43,128 bases of DNA from Clostridia bacterium (GCA_900768425.1 CAAGCR010000013.1:1-43128), one strand, 5' to 3'. Numbered from the stretch's first letter, positions 26,672-36,274 are shown. Notes: a model not told the origin generated them from the letters alone. A program made the numbers and translations.

Positions 26672-26758
26672 ATAATACTATCGGAAGCAAAATTTTGCAA
26701 ATGCAAAATTTTTAAAATTGACAACATAATTTTGTTTGCTAACGCAAACACTTCCTTG
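26672..26758 (+). repeat. 87-bp direct repeat, copy 2
   Basis: Offset by 161 bp from copy 1. There are 5 substitutions: three in the third hairpin region (one converts a G-C pair to G-T) and two that weaken the closing stem. No T-tract follows. Confidence 0.8.
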
Positions 26759-26818
26759 AAAAAGGGTGTTGGCAACATTAAAAAAATACTTTTTTTTGAA
26801 TGCGATAAGGGGGATAAA

Positions 26819-27595
26819 ATGGTTGATAATGCAGTAAAAAAATTGAATGATTTGTATAATATTAAGAGTGTTGATTTGGCTATTGTTTGTGGCTCTGGTT
26901 TGGGTGATGCTTTGCCAGATTTGGAGAATAAAGTAGTTGTATCATATGATGAATTAGGGTTGCCTAAATCAAAGGTTAAAGGTCACAGTGGTAATTTTGT
27001 TTTTGGTGAATATAAAGGCTTAAAAGTAGTGCTAGTGTCAAGAATTCACTATTACGAAAGCGGAAAAGTTGAAAATGTTAGATTACCATATGAGATTATA
27101 TCTAAATTAGGTGTAAAAAAAGTTATATTATTGACATCTTCAGGTGGATTGAATAAGACATATAAAGTTGGTGATTTGGTTTTAATAAAAGACCATATAA
27201 ATTTTGCTGGAGTAAACCCATTAATTGGTGTTAAAGATATGAGATTTACCAATATGGGAGATTGTTATAATCTAGAATGGAGAAATATGGCGAAAGATGT
27301 TGCTCTAAAAGAAGGAGTGCCACTAAAAGAAGGTGTTTTCGTTCAGATGAGTGGACCTAGCTATGAAACTTTGGCAGAAGTTGAAATGCTAAGAATGATT
27401 GGCGCTGATGTTGTTAGTATGAGTACGGCTTTTGACTGTATCATTGCTAATTATTTAGGAATGAAAGTTATAGGATTCTCTGTAGTCGTTAATGTTTTCT
27501 CTGGCGGAAATGATAACTTAAACCATCAAGAAGTTTTAGATAATGCTAAAAAGGCAAGTATTAATTTAAAGAAAATATTAACAAATATTATTTAA
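26819..27595 (+). CDS. punA: Purine nucleoside phosphorylase (trimeric PNP, PunA type)
   Basis: ATG at 26819 follows AAGGGGGA. Contains GSGLG, GHSGNFVFG, SRIHYYE, MSGPSYET and VSMST. The ORF-track start at 26627 runs through repeat copy 2, so I reject it. Confidence 0.9.
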   Translation: MVDNAVKKLNDLYNIKSVDLAIVCGSGLGDALPDLENKVVVSYDELGLPKSKVKGHSGNFVFGEYKGLKVVLVSRIHYYESGKVENVRLPYEIISKLGVKKVILLTSSGGLNKTYKVGDLVLIKDHINFAGVNPLIGVKDMRFTNMGDCYNLEWRNMAKDVALKEGVPLKEGVFVQMSGPSYETLAEVEMLRMIGADVVSMSTAFDCIIANYLGMKVIGFSVVVNVFSGGNDNLNHQEVLDNAKKASINLKKILTNII

Positions 27596-27614
27596 AGATT
27601 GAATATATATTAAT

Positions 27615-27656
27615 AAAAGTAAAACTTAAAGTGTAATTTGGGTTTTACTTTTTTAT
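27615..27656 (+). terminator. punA terminator
   Basis: AAAAGTAAAAC (27615-25) pairs with GTTTTACTTTT (27642-52). A T-run follows. Confidence 0.75.
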
Positions 27657-27795
27657 TACTTACTTTTGTTAATTGGGTGTTGATAATATGAATTTTTCTA
27701 AAAATTTGTGAGAAAGGGTGAGAAATAAATAATCTTTATTTTGTGTAAATATTTTGTAATTGTTTGTAAATACTATAATTAATAAAGGAGTATTT

Positions 27796-28953
27796 ATGAG
27801 AAGAAATAAAATATATTGTATAATATTTGCATTAATACTAACTATATATTGTAGTGTTATGCAAAATAACAATTTTGTTTATGCTGATGATAAATTTGAT
27901 TTAACTGCTAAATCGGCTATTTTGATTGATTATAATTCGCAAACAATTATTTTTGAAAAGGACAAAGATAAAAAGTTGCCGATAGCAAGTATGGTTAAAT
28001 TAATGACGATATATATTACCTTTCAAAATTTGGAAACTGGCAAAATAACTTATGAACAAGAATTTACTTCATCGGAACACGCATCCGGTATGGGCGGTTC
28101 ACAAGTTTTTATAGACCCATATGTAAACTATTCGGTTAAAGATTTATTAAGAAGTGTTATTATGGCATCTGCAAATGATGCAAGTGTTGCCCTAGCAGAA
28201 GGAATATCTGGAAGCGAAAGTGAATTTGTTGATTTGATGAATGAAACCGCTAAAAAACTAGGAATGGAAAATACTTTATATGTAAACTCAACAGGTTTAC
28301 CAGCGCCGGAGCAATATTCAACCGCATATGATTGTGCTATTCTATTAAAAAATCTATTAAAGTATGATGACTATCATAAGTTTAGCACAATATGGATGGA
28401 TTCTTTAACTCATCCTTCAGGTCGCAAAACTGAGCTTGTTAATACTAACAAACTTATTCGTTATTACGATGGTTGTGATGGTGGTAAAACTGGTTCAACA
28501 AGTGAAGCTGGTTACTGTTTAACTTCTTCGGCAAAAAGAAATAATATGCGTTTAATTTCGGTTGTTATAGGTGCTAAAACCGGAAAGGACAGATTTAAAG
28601 AGTCAACTAATTTGTTTAATTTTGGTTTTGCCAACTATGAAAATAAGCAACTTGTAAATAAAGAAAAGATTTTTAAAGAAGTTGAAACTAAACGTTGTAA
28701 AGAAAAAGTTGCGAATGTTGTCCCCGTTGAAGATTTTTATGCATTTGACAAAAAAGGAAATAAGTCTAGTTATGAAATATCTGTTGAATTGCCAGAAGTT
28801 TTAGGATCAACCAAAGCCGGTGAAATAATAGGTAAAATCATTATTTCAAAAGAAGGGAATGTTGTAAAAACTATTGGTTTGACAGTACAAGAAGATATAA
28901 ACTCATTATCACTTATAGATAACTTCAAGTATATAATTTCAAATATGTATTAG
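27796..28953 (+). CDS. dacF: D-alanyl-D-alanine carboxypeptidase (S11), DacF/DacA-like
   Basis: ATG at 27796 is 6 nt after AAAGGAG. Has a signal peptide, SxxK (ASMVKLM), SxN (SANDA) and KTG (GKTGST). SEHASGMGGSQVF resembles DacF/DacA. Follows punA as dacF does in B. subtilis. Confidence 0.8.
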   Translation: MRRNKIYCIIFALILTIYCSVMQNNNFVYADDKFDLTAKSAILIDYNSQTIIFEKDKDKKLPIASMVKLMTIYITFQNLETGKITYEQEFTSSEHASGMGGSQVFIDPYVNYSVKDLLRSVIMASANDASVALAEGISGSESEFVDLMNETAKKLGMENTLYVNSTGLPAPEQYSTAYDCAILLKNLLKYDDYHKFSTIWMDSLTHPSGRKTELVNTNKLIRYYDGCDGGKTGSTSEAGYCLTSSAKRNNMRLISVVIGAKTGKDRFKESTNLFNFGFANYENKQLVNKEKIFKEVETKRCKEKVANVVPVEDFYAFDKKGNKSSYEISVELPEVLGSTKAGEIIGKIIISKEGNVVKTIGLTVQEDINSLSLIDNFKYIISNMY

Positions 28954-28961
28954 TAAAAAAT

Positions 28962-29002
28962 GCTAGGTTTAGTTCTTCAAAGAAACTACCTAGTATTTTT
29001 TT
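28962..29002 (+). terminator. dacF terminator
   Basis: GCTAGGT..TAGTT pairs with AACTACCTAGT in a bulged stem, followed by ATTTTTTT. Confidence 0.6.
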
Positions 29003-29093
29003 ATTTTGTATTTATAAATTTTTATTTATTTCAAATAACTCTTTTTTTGATTTAATGGTTGATTAAATTAAAATTGTTTGTTATAATTATTTT

Positions 29094-29792
29094 ATGTTTT
29101 ATATTATAAGTAGTTTAAGTCAAAATGGTTTGCCTTTTTCTAGAATCCTTGCATTTATTGTAGGATATATTTTTGCTATCATTATTGCTTTTAGTTTACA
29201 TGAATATGCACACGCTTTAACAGCATATAAATTGGGGGATATTACTCCAAAAGCATTGGGCAGACTAACTATCAATCCGTTTAAACATATTGATATGTAT
29301 GGATTAATTGGTTTTTTAGTTGTTGGCTTTGGTTGGGCTAAACCTGTTGAGGTTAATCCTTTGCATTTCAAAAAATATCGTAGAGATATGTTTTTGGTTA
29401 GTATTGCAGGTGTTTTAACAAATCTTATTTTAGCATTCGTGTTTAGCGGAATTTTTTATTTTTATTACTACTATGTTGCTAAAGTAGATTCTACCGGTGC
29501 AATTTATTATACAAATGATTTATTGTATTTAATTCATTACTTTTTAGAGTATTCGGTTGTTTTAAATATTGCATTATTTTGTTTTAATCTTATACCTATT
29601 TACCCATTAGATGGTTTTAATGCTATCAAGTCTTTATTTAGATTAAATAACAAATTTTTAAACTTTATGTATCGCTGGGGAAATTTAATTTTAATTGTAG
29701 TAATCATAATGCCATTTTTTGATTATTTCTATAATTTGGTTACAGGCTTTATTACAAACACATTTTTTAGTTTTTGGGGGTTGTTTGTATAA
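29094..29792 (+). CDS. Site-2 protease family (M50) membrane metalloprotease
   Basis: HExxH motif (LHEYAHALTA) inside a TM segment, and a second motif NLIPIYPLDG. Confidence 0.85.
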   Translation: MFYIISSLSQNGLPFSRILAFIVGYIFAIIIAFSLHEYAHALTAYKLGDITPKALGRLTINPFKHIDMYGLIGFLVVGFGWAKPVEVNPLHFKKYRRDMFLVSIAGVLTNLILAFVFSGIFYFYYYYVAKVDSTGAIYYTNDLLYLIHYFLEYSVVLNIALFCFNLIPIYPLDGFNAIKSLFRLNNKFLNFMYRWGNLILIVVIIMPFFDYFYNLVTGFITNTFFSFWGLFV

Positions 29793-30553
29793 TGAAAGAT
29801 GAAAATTTAGAAGATATTTATGCTGATAGTTATGGTGTTAAGTTAGAGAATTTTGAAGGTCCAATAGCTTTATTATTGCATTTGGTTAAAGAATCAAAAA
29901 TGGATATTGATGAGATTCATTTAGCTGATATAACCGAACAATATCTTGATTATATTAAAGATGTTGATAGTCTTGACCTAGAAAGTGCTAGTGAGTTTAT
30001 TCAAGTTGCTTCTATGCTTATTGAAATTAAGTCAAAAGCAATTTTACCTGTTGAAGTTCCAGATGATTTAGAAGAAGAAATTGACCCAGAAACATACCTA
30101 AAACAAAAAATGAAGGAATATGCTGTATTCCAAGATGCTAGTGCTGCTTTGCAACAAATAGAAGATATAAACAAGTTATATAAAGACCCGGACAAAATGG
30201 CTGGCAATGTGAAAATTATTTTAAAGGATATGGTTTTAGAAAATCTTTTAGATGCCTTTGCCAACTTATTATGTAGGGTTGAGAGAAAAGAAGAAGATAA
30301 AGAACCTAAAAAAATTGTTAAAGATAGGTTTACTGTTGCAGAAAAGATAGTCGCTATTAAAAGTATTATTCGCGAGAAAAAACATATCAAATTTACCGAT
30401 TTGTTTGAGGCGGATCATACAAAAAGTGAAATGCTCAACATTTTTTTAGCACTATTAGAGCTTTTAAAATTACAGTTTGTAAAAGCAAAACAAACTGAAA
30501 TATTTGGTGAAATAGATATATACGAAAACGAGGAAAAAGCAATAAATGAATAA
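29792..30553 (+). CDS. scpA: Segregation and condensation protein A
   Basis: The ATG overlaps the upstream stop (TAATG). Contains FEGPIALLLHLVKESKMDIDEIHLADITEQYLDYI. Confidence 0.9.
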   Translation: MKDENLEDIYADSYGVKLENFEGPIALLLHLVKESKMDIDEIHLADITEQYLDYIKDVDSLDLESASEFIQVASMLIEIKSKAILPVEVPDDLEEEIDPETYLKQKMKEYAVFQDASAALQQIEDINKLYKDPDKMAGNVKIILKDMVLENLLDAFANLLCRVERKEEDKEPKKIVKDRFTVAEKIVAIKSIIREKKHIKFTDLFEADHTKSEMLNIFLALLELLKLQFVKAKQTEIFGEIDIYENEEKAINE

Positions 30554-31235
30554 CAATAAAGAAATATTAAAAGCAACACTTTTTGTTGCCGGTGAAGGTG
30601 TAGAAAAGAGTGTTATTAAAGAAAAGTTAGAATTAAACGAAAAACAGTTTAATGGTTTGGTTGATGAACTTAAACAAGATTTGTCAGGAGATAGTGGAAT
30701 TATTCTTATAGAGTACAAGAATAAATTACAACTATGCACAAATCAAAAATATGTTGATATTGTCAGCGATATATTAAATCCTATAAGAGAAAAAGCTTTA
30801 ACCAAAGCTACATTAGAAACTGTAGCGATAATCGCCTACAAACAACCAATAACTAAACTTGAAATAGAAGAGATTAGGAATACACGTTCAGCAGATTATG
30901 CAGTTCAAATGTTATTGGATAATAAGTTAATAGAAGTTGTTGGAAGAAAAGATGCTGTAGGTAAGCCATTTTTGTATGGAACAACCGATGAGTTTTTAAA
31001 GAGATTTAACTTAAAAGACATCAAAGATTTGCCTTCATATGAAGATTTGTTAGAACGAATTAAACTTATTAGAGCAGAAACAGAAGTTCAACAAACAACT
31101 GATAGTTTATATCGTGACCACGAAATATCACAAGAAGAAATTGTCCCTGAATTCTTAAAAGGTGAGGATATTCAAACAATAGAAAGCGATGAGCCTTTAC
31201 CTGATGTTATAAACATAGATGACACAAACGAATAG
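30546..31235 (+). CDS. scpB: Segregation and condensation protein B
   Basis: Overlaps the scpA stop. Contains LEAILFVAG-like sequence (LKATLFVAGEGV), ETVAIIAYKQPITKLEIEEIR and GKPFLYGTT. Confidence 0.9.
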   Translation: MNNNKEILKATLFVAGEGVEKSVIKEKLELNEKQFNGLVDELKQDLSGDSGIILIEYKNKLQLCTNQKYVDIVSDILNPIREKALTKATLETVAIIAYKQPITKLEIEEIRNTRSADYAVQMLLDNKLIEVVGRKDAVGKPFLYGTTDEFLKRFNLKDIKDLPSYEDLLERIKLIRAETEVQQTTDSLYRDHEISQEEIVPEFLKGEDIQTIESDEPLPDVINIDDTNE

Positions 31236-31287
31236 TAAATAACCATTTATAAAGAATATATTTTAAATTTTTAAACACAATAATAAT

Positions 31288-31848
31288 ATGCAGAGTTTAT
31301 GGCTTATTATTGTTGTGTTTTTTTTAATAGTGCTGATTTTGCCTATATTTTCAAAAGCGTATGTTACTTTTGATTTTTTGAACAATATTGGGGTTATATC
31401 ACTTTACATATTTTGCTTTAAAATAATAACCTACAAAGCGAAATTTCAAAAATTTAAACTGGTTATATTCACTAGTAAAGATGAAAAAGATATTGAAGTT
31501 CAGGTTTCACAAAAGCAAATGCGATTCCTAAAACAAATGTCGGTGCAATTAAAAGAAAAGCTGATTTTAAAAGATATATCGTTTTATTCACGAATAGGAT
31601 TATACGATGCATTTAATACAGCTATTGTAACTGGTTTGTTTAGTTCACTTGTGTCAGCATTTATGGGGTATGTAAAGAACACTAAAAAATCGGCAACGGT
31701 TAATATGATAAACAATCCAAATTATAATGGTCATAATTTTACTATTGCTTTTAAAATAAGGTTTTTTATAACCATATTTGATGTTATATATGCCATTTTA
31801 ATGTCTTTTATAATAATAAAAAGGAGTGAAAAATATGAAAGAGTTTAA
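31288..31848 (+). CDS. ytfI: YtfI-like (DUF2953) sporulation membrane protein
   Basis: N-terminal TM segment, 186 aa. Paired with ytfJ downstream as in B. subtilis. The call rests on context. Confidence 0.5.
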   Translation: MQSLWLIIVVFFLIVLILPIFSKAYVTFDFLNNIGVISLYIFCFKIITYKAKFQKFKLVIFTSKDEKDIEVQVSQKQMRFLKQMSVQLKEKLILKDISFYSRIGLYDAFNTAIVTGLFSSLVSAFMGYVKNTKKSATVNMINNPNYNGHNFTIAFKIRFFITIFDVIYAILMSFIIIKRSEKYERV

Positions 31849-32242
31849 CAAAGAATCGGGTTTAGATGACCTTATAAAAATCTCATTAGATAGGGTTAAA
31901 ACTTTAATGGAAACAAACACTATTGTTGGTGAACCTTTAAGAGTAGATGAAATGACATCAATAATACCAATATCTAAGGCAAGTGTTGGGTTTGTTGTTG
32001 GTGGTGGAGAATATTCAGATAAGAGTAATCGCAGAGTTGCAAATCATTTTCCTATGGCTGGTGGCAGTGGTTGTGGTATGAGTGTTTCTCCTGTAGGTTT
32101 TATAGTTATAAAAGAAAACGGTACAGAGTTTATTAATGTAGAAAACAAAACAATGTATCAAACTCTTCTAAATTTGGCTAATAAACTTATTGATAAGATT
32201 AATGCCAATAAAAACGAGGCAAGTAATGAAAAAGACATTTAA
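31835..32242 (+). CDS. ytfJ: GerW/YtfJ family sporulation protein
   Basis: ATG at 31835 is 8 nt after AAGGAG. Contains IVGEPLRVDEMTSIIPISKASVGFVVGGGEY and GGSGCGMSVSPVGFIVI. Confidence 0.85.
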   Translation: MKEFNKESGLDDLIKISLDRVKTLMETNTIVGEPLRVDEMTSIIPISKASVGFVVGGGEYSDKSNRRVANHFPMAGGSGCGMSVSPVGFIVIKENGTEFINVENKTMYQTLLNLANKLIDKINANKNEASNEKDI

Positions 32243-33365
32243 AGTTATAGGTATGTTGCTTGTTATTTGTTTTCTTGTATGTACATTTGTCCATAAATTT
32301 TCGAAAAACAAGTGTATAATCAGTGCAGATTCTCATTTTAAAGCAATGTGTGTAATTGAATGTGATAGTGCAAGAAAATTATATAAAAAAGATGAAACTT
32401 TAAAATTGCCTATGGCTTCAACAACTAAAATTGTTACAGCGTTAACAGTTTTAAATAATTGCAGTGACTTAGATAGGGAGTTTGAGGTTGATAATAGGGC
32501 TATTGGCATATCTGGTACAAGTATTTATTTAAAACAAGGGGAAATAATGACTGTAAGGGAACTTTTGTATGGAATGATGTTACCTTCAGGCAATGATGCA
32601 GCAATGGCACTTGCGTATCATATTTCCGCAGATATTCCTTCATTTTGCAAATTAATGAAACAAACAGTCGAAAAGTGTGGTGCATATAATTCAAGTTTTG
32701 ATAATCCACATGGCTTAGATAGTATCAGTCATTATACAACTGCCTACGATTTAGCTTTGATTACCGCAAAAGCATTAGAAAATGAAACATTTAAAGAGAT
32801 TGTTACAACAAAAGCAACAAGAATTCGTGGTGCTAGTGAGGGAACATATAGATATTTAAAGAATAAAAATCGCTTATTGAACACTTTAAATGGCTGTATA
32901 GGTGTTAAAACTGGCTTTACAAACGATGCTGGCAGATGTCTTGTTAGTGCTTGTGAACGAGATGGTTTTAGAACAGTGTGTGTTGTTTTAAATTGTGGTC
33001 CTATGTTTGAGGAAAGTGAGTCGTACCTAAATATGGTATATAAAGAATACGAAAAGATTACTCTTTTGCCTAGTTATAAAATAATAAGACAAATTTCTGT
33101 TGAACAAGGTAAAAAAGATTTTGTAAAAACATTTAGCAAAAAGGCTTTTACTTATCCTTTAACAAAGGATGAGCTTTCGCGTATTATAATTAAATATAAC
33201 TTACCGAATAGTTTAAATGCTCCAGTTTTAAAAGATGAAATAATTGGCAATGTTGAAATATATTTGGATAATTGCTTGCTATTTTCTGAAAAAATATATA
33301 CTATGGATAATGTAAAAAAAGTAGGAGTATGGAGTAGTATTCAAGATTTACTATCCGATTGGTAA
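32226..33365 (+). CDS. dacB: D-alanyl-D-alanine carboxypeptidase (S11), DacB-like
   Basis: ATG at 32226. Has a signal/TM segment, SxxK (ASTTKIV), SxN (SGNDA) and KTG (VKTGFT). Sits between scpAB and rluB, as dacB does in B. subtilis. Confidence 0.8.
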   Translation: MKKTFKVIGMLLVICFLVCTFVHKFSKNKCIISADSHFKAMCVIECDSARKLYKKDETLKLPMASTTKIVTALTVLNNCSDLDREFEVDNRAIGISGTSIYLKQGEIMTVRELLYGMMLPSGNDAAMALAYHISADIPSFCKLMKQTVEKCGAYNSSFDNPHGLDSISHYTTAYDLALITAKALENETFKEIVTTKATRIRGASEGTYRYLKNKNRLLNTLNGCIGVKTGFTNDAGRCLVSACERDGFRTVCVVLNCGPMFEESESYLNMVYKEYEKITLLPSYKIIRQISVEQGKKDFVKTFSKKAFTYPLTKDELSRIIIKYNLPNSLNAPVLKDEIIGNVEIYLDNCLLFSEKIYTMDNVKKVGVWSSIQDLLSDW

Positions 33366-33366
33366 T

Positions 33367-34077
33367 ATGCGAATTAACAAATATCTAGCACTTTGCGGTG
33401 TTGGATCAAGAAGAAAAGTGGAAGAATATATTTTAAACGGAGATGTTAAGGTTAATGGTAAAGTTGTTACCTTATTATCTACAGATATTAACCCAAAAAG
33501 TGATAAGGTTTCATATCTAGAAAGAGATGTAGCCTTGCCAATGCGTTATGTATATTATAAGTTTAATAAGCCTAAGGGCTATATTTGTTCCGCCAAAGAT
33601 GAAAAAGGTAGAAAAACTATATACGATTTAGTTAAAGTAGATAATCGTATTTTTTCTGTTGGTAGGTTAGATTATAACAGTGAAGGTTTGTTGCTTTTAA
33701 CAAATGATGGTGATTTTGCTAATAAACTAACGCATCCAACAAATCATATTGATAAGGAATATGTTGTAACCATTGAGGGCGAGATAACAGAAGGTGAACT
33801 TGCCGTATTACGTGCCGGTGTTGTTGAGAATGGAAAAAGAATGCCTAGTGCAAAAGTTAAATTACTTGGTTATCAAAATAAATTATCACGACTTTCTGTA
33901 ATTATAGATGAAGGACAAAACAGACAAATTAGACGTATGTTTGAAGCAATTGGAAAGAATATTGTTTTATTAAAACGTGTTGCGATAGGTGGCTTAAGGT
34001 TAGGCGGACTAGAAAGAGGAAAATATAGACCGCTTACAGATAAAGAGTTATATAGCATATTTGGAGTAAAAAAATGA
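33367..34077 (+). CDS. rluB: Pseudouridine synthase, RsuA/RluB family
   Basis: S4 domain (INKYLALCGVGSRRKVEEYI) and catalytic motif GRLDYNSEGLLLLTNDG. Confidence 0.9.
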   Translation: MRINKYLALCGVGSRRKVEEYILNGDVKVNGKVVTLLSTDINPKSDKVSYLERDVALPMRYVYYKFNKPKGYICSAKDEKGRKTIYDLVKVDNRIFSVGRLDYNSEGLLLLTNDGDFANKLTHPTNHIDKEYVVTIEGEITEGELAVLRAGVVENGKRMPSAKVKLLGYQNKLSRLSVIIDEGQNRQIRRMFEAIGKNIVLLKRVAIGGLRLGGLERGKYRPLTDKELYSIFGVKK

Positions 34078-35285
34078 GAGTAGCGGTTATTGGTGGTGGT
34101 GCGAGCGGAATGATGGCTGCTGGTGTTTGTGCTAAAAAAGGACACAGTGTTGACTTGTTTGAAGCAAATGAAAAGCTAGGTAAAAAAATATATATAACCG
34201 GTAAAGGTAGATGTAATGTTACAAATGCTTCAAACAAAGATGAAATTTTGAATAATATAGTTAATAATTCAAAATTTTTATATAGTGCATTAAATGCTTT
34301 TGATAGTTTTTCAACTATCAATTTTTTTGAAAAAATGGGTGTTCCTATTAAAATTGAAAGGGGAAATAGAGCATTCCCGGTTTCGGATAAATCAAGTGAT
34401 ATAATTAAAGCATTAACTAATTTTGATATTAAAAACAATGTGAATATTCTGTTAAATCACAAGGTTATAAATATAAATAAAAATAATGATAAATTTGACA
34501 TATATACAACATTTGGTATGTATAATAGTTATGATAGTGTTATATGTTGTACTGGTGGTATTACTTATTCTGCAACTGGAAGCAAAGGTGATGGCTATAA
34601 ATTTGCTAAAAATTTTGGACATAATATTATAGAAGTTAAACCGGCGCTTGTTCCTATTTTGTTAAAAGATAGCTACATAAAAAGTATAGAAGGTTTAAGT
34701 TTAAAAAATGTTAAATTGATTGCAATTAAGAATGGAAAAATTTTTAAAGAACTTTTTGGTGAAATGTTATTTACATCAAATGGTATTAGTGGACCTATTG
34801 CATTATCTATGAGTTCTTATATAAATAGACAAAGTGATATTTCATTAAAAATTGATTTTAAACCGGCATTAACAAATGAACAACTATATAATAGGTTAAT
34901 GAGAGATATTGAGTCAAATAGAGAAATGCAAACATCGACATTAATTAGCGGTTTGCTTCCTAAAGCTCTTGTAGAACCATTTTTACAAAAATGTAATATT
35001 GACAAATGCAAGAGAGTAAAAAGTCTAATTGCAAAAGAAATTGATAATATTGTTAATACATTAAAAAATTATGACCTATTATATAATAGTGTAGATAAAT
35101 TAGATTTCGGAATTATAACTAGTGGTGGAGTTGATGTTCGTGAAGTAAATCCAAAAACAATGGAAAGTAAACTTGTTAATGGTCTATATTTTGCCGGTGA
35201 AGTGTTAGATATTGATGCTCTAACAGGTGGATTTAATTTGCAAATAGCTTTTGCAACAGGATATTTGGCTGGTATAAATATATAA
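34074..35285 (+). CDS. NAD(FAD)-utilizing dehydrogenase, HI0933/BaiN/YtfP family flavoprotein
   Basis: VIGGGASGMMAAG dinucleotide-binding motif, KGRCNVTN, and C-terminal GGFNLQIAFATG. Confidence 0.8.
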   Translation: MRVAVIGGGASGMMAAGVCAKKGHSVDLFEANEKLGKKIYITGKGRCNVTNASNKDEILNNIVNNSKFLYSALNAFDSFSTINFFEKMGVPIKIERGNRAFPVSDKSSDIIKALTNFDIKNNVNILLNHKVININKNNDKFDIYTTFGMYNSYDSVICCTGGITYSATGSKGDGYKFAKNFGHNIIEVKPALVPILLKDSYIKSIEGLSLKNVKLIAIKNGKIFKELFGEMLFTSNGISGPIALSMSSYINRQSDISLKIDFKPALTNEQLYNRLMRDIESNREMQTSTLISGLLPKALVEPFLQKCNIDKCKRVKSLIAKEIDNIVNTLKNYDLLYNSVDKLDFGIITSGGVDVREVNPKTMESKLVNGLYFAGEVLDIDALTGGFNLQIAFATGYLAGINI

Positions 35286-35356
35286 TTTGGTAAATTTGTT
35301 TTACATTTTATTTTGTTTTTGATATGATTACTTTTGGAATTATAAGGAGAAATTTG

Positions 35357-35608
35357 ATGATAGAATTTATTTTTGATACCCAATTATTAATTGATGGTAA
35401 AAATTTAGACGATGAAAAAATAAGAGATTATTTTATTCAAAATTTTAAAGGAGATTGCTTGATTTGTGTTGGTGATAGTGAATTAATTAAAATCCATTTC
35501 CATACAAATGAGCCTTGGAAAGTTCTTGAATATTGTGCATCTCTTGGCGAAATAAGTGACATAGTTGTTGAAAATATGGATAGACAAGCTCGTGGTTTAA
35601 AGGGCTAA
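35357..35608 (+). CDS. Small stand-alone protein resembling the KvHvHT...NM..Q segment of DAK2/FakA (YloV)-family proteins
   Basis: ATG at 35357 is 6 nt after AAGGAG. Contains GDCLICVGDSELIKIHFHTNEPWKVLEYCASLGEISDIVVENMDRQ. Confidence 0.45.
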   Translation: MIEFIFDTQLLIDGKNLDDEKIRDYFIQNFKGDCLICVGDSELIKIHFHTNEPWKVLEYCASLGEISDIVVENMDRQARGLKG

Positions 35609-35620
35609 AAGGATATATTT

Positions 35621-36274
35621 ATGATTATTGCGTTAGATGGGCAATCTGGTACAGGAAAGAGTACATTATCTAAACTTGTTGCTAAAAAACTAGGTTTTAA
35701 GTATTTGAATACAGGAATGATTTATAGAGCAATTACCTATTATTTTGTAAAAAACAATATTTTACCAAATGATATAAATGAGATAACAAATGCTTTAAGC
35801 AATATAAACATTTACATAAAATTTGATAATGATAATCAAATGGTTTATGTAGATAACCAAGACATAACACCTTATGTTTCATCACAAGAAGTACAACGCA
35901 ATGTTTCTTTGTATTCTCAAATATTTAGTATTAGAGAAAAGATTACCGAAATTCAAAGAGTTTTTGCTCAAAACAATAATATAGTGGTGGAAGGTAGAGA
36001 TATAGGAACTCACGTTTTTCCTAATGCTGACTATAAGTTTTTTGTTACTTGCAATATTGAGATAAGAGCAAAAAGGCGTTTAGATGATTTGGTTAAATCT
36101 GGTCAAAATATAACATTAGATGAAGTGGTAAACTCTCTAAAAAATAGAGATTATATTGATACTACAAGAGAGTTTAGTCCTTTAAAGCGTGCAGATGATG
36201 CTATTGATATTGACACATCTAATTCAACAATAGATGAAAGTGTAAACGAGATTATAGGATACATTAGGAGATAA
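35621..36274 (+). CDS. cmk: Cytidylate kinase
   Basis: P-loop IIALDGQSGTGKST, plus GMIYRA and GRDIGT. Confidence 0.9.
   Translation: MIIALDGQSGTGKSTLSKLVAKKLGFKYLNTGMIYRAITYYFVKNNILPNDINEITNALSNINIYIKFDNDNQMVYVDNQDITPYVSSQEVQRNVSLYSQIFSIREKITEIQRVFAQNNNIVVEGRDIGTHVFPNADYKFFVTCNIEIRAKRRLDDLVKSGQNITLDEVVNSLKNRDYIDTTREFSPLKRADDAIDIDTSNSTIDESVNEIIGYIRR

Noticed and set aside
26627-26818. N-terminal 64-aa extension of the PNP ORF as given in the ORF track (start at 26627).
   Set aside because: The extension is translated through repeat copy 2 and gives low-complexity sequence (LLLLIIILSEAKFCKCKIFK). The conserved PNP sequence begins at the ATG at 26819, which has an AAGGGGGA RBS.
30001-30390. 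129-aa ORF on the - strand within scpA, and similar antisense ORFs at 34034..34438, 35069..35383, 19904..20287 and 840..1157.
   Set aside because: All lie inside better-supported + strand genes. They lack RBSs and have Ser/Ile/Phe/Leu-rich translations typical of antisense frames in AT-rich DNA.
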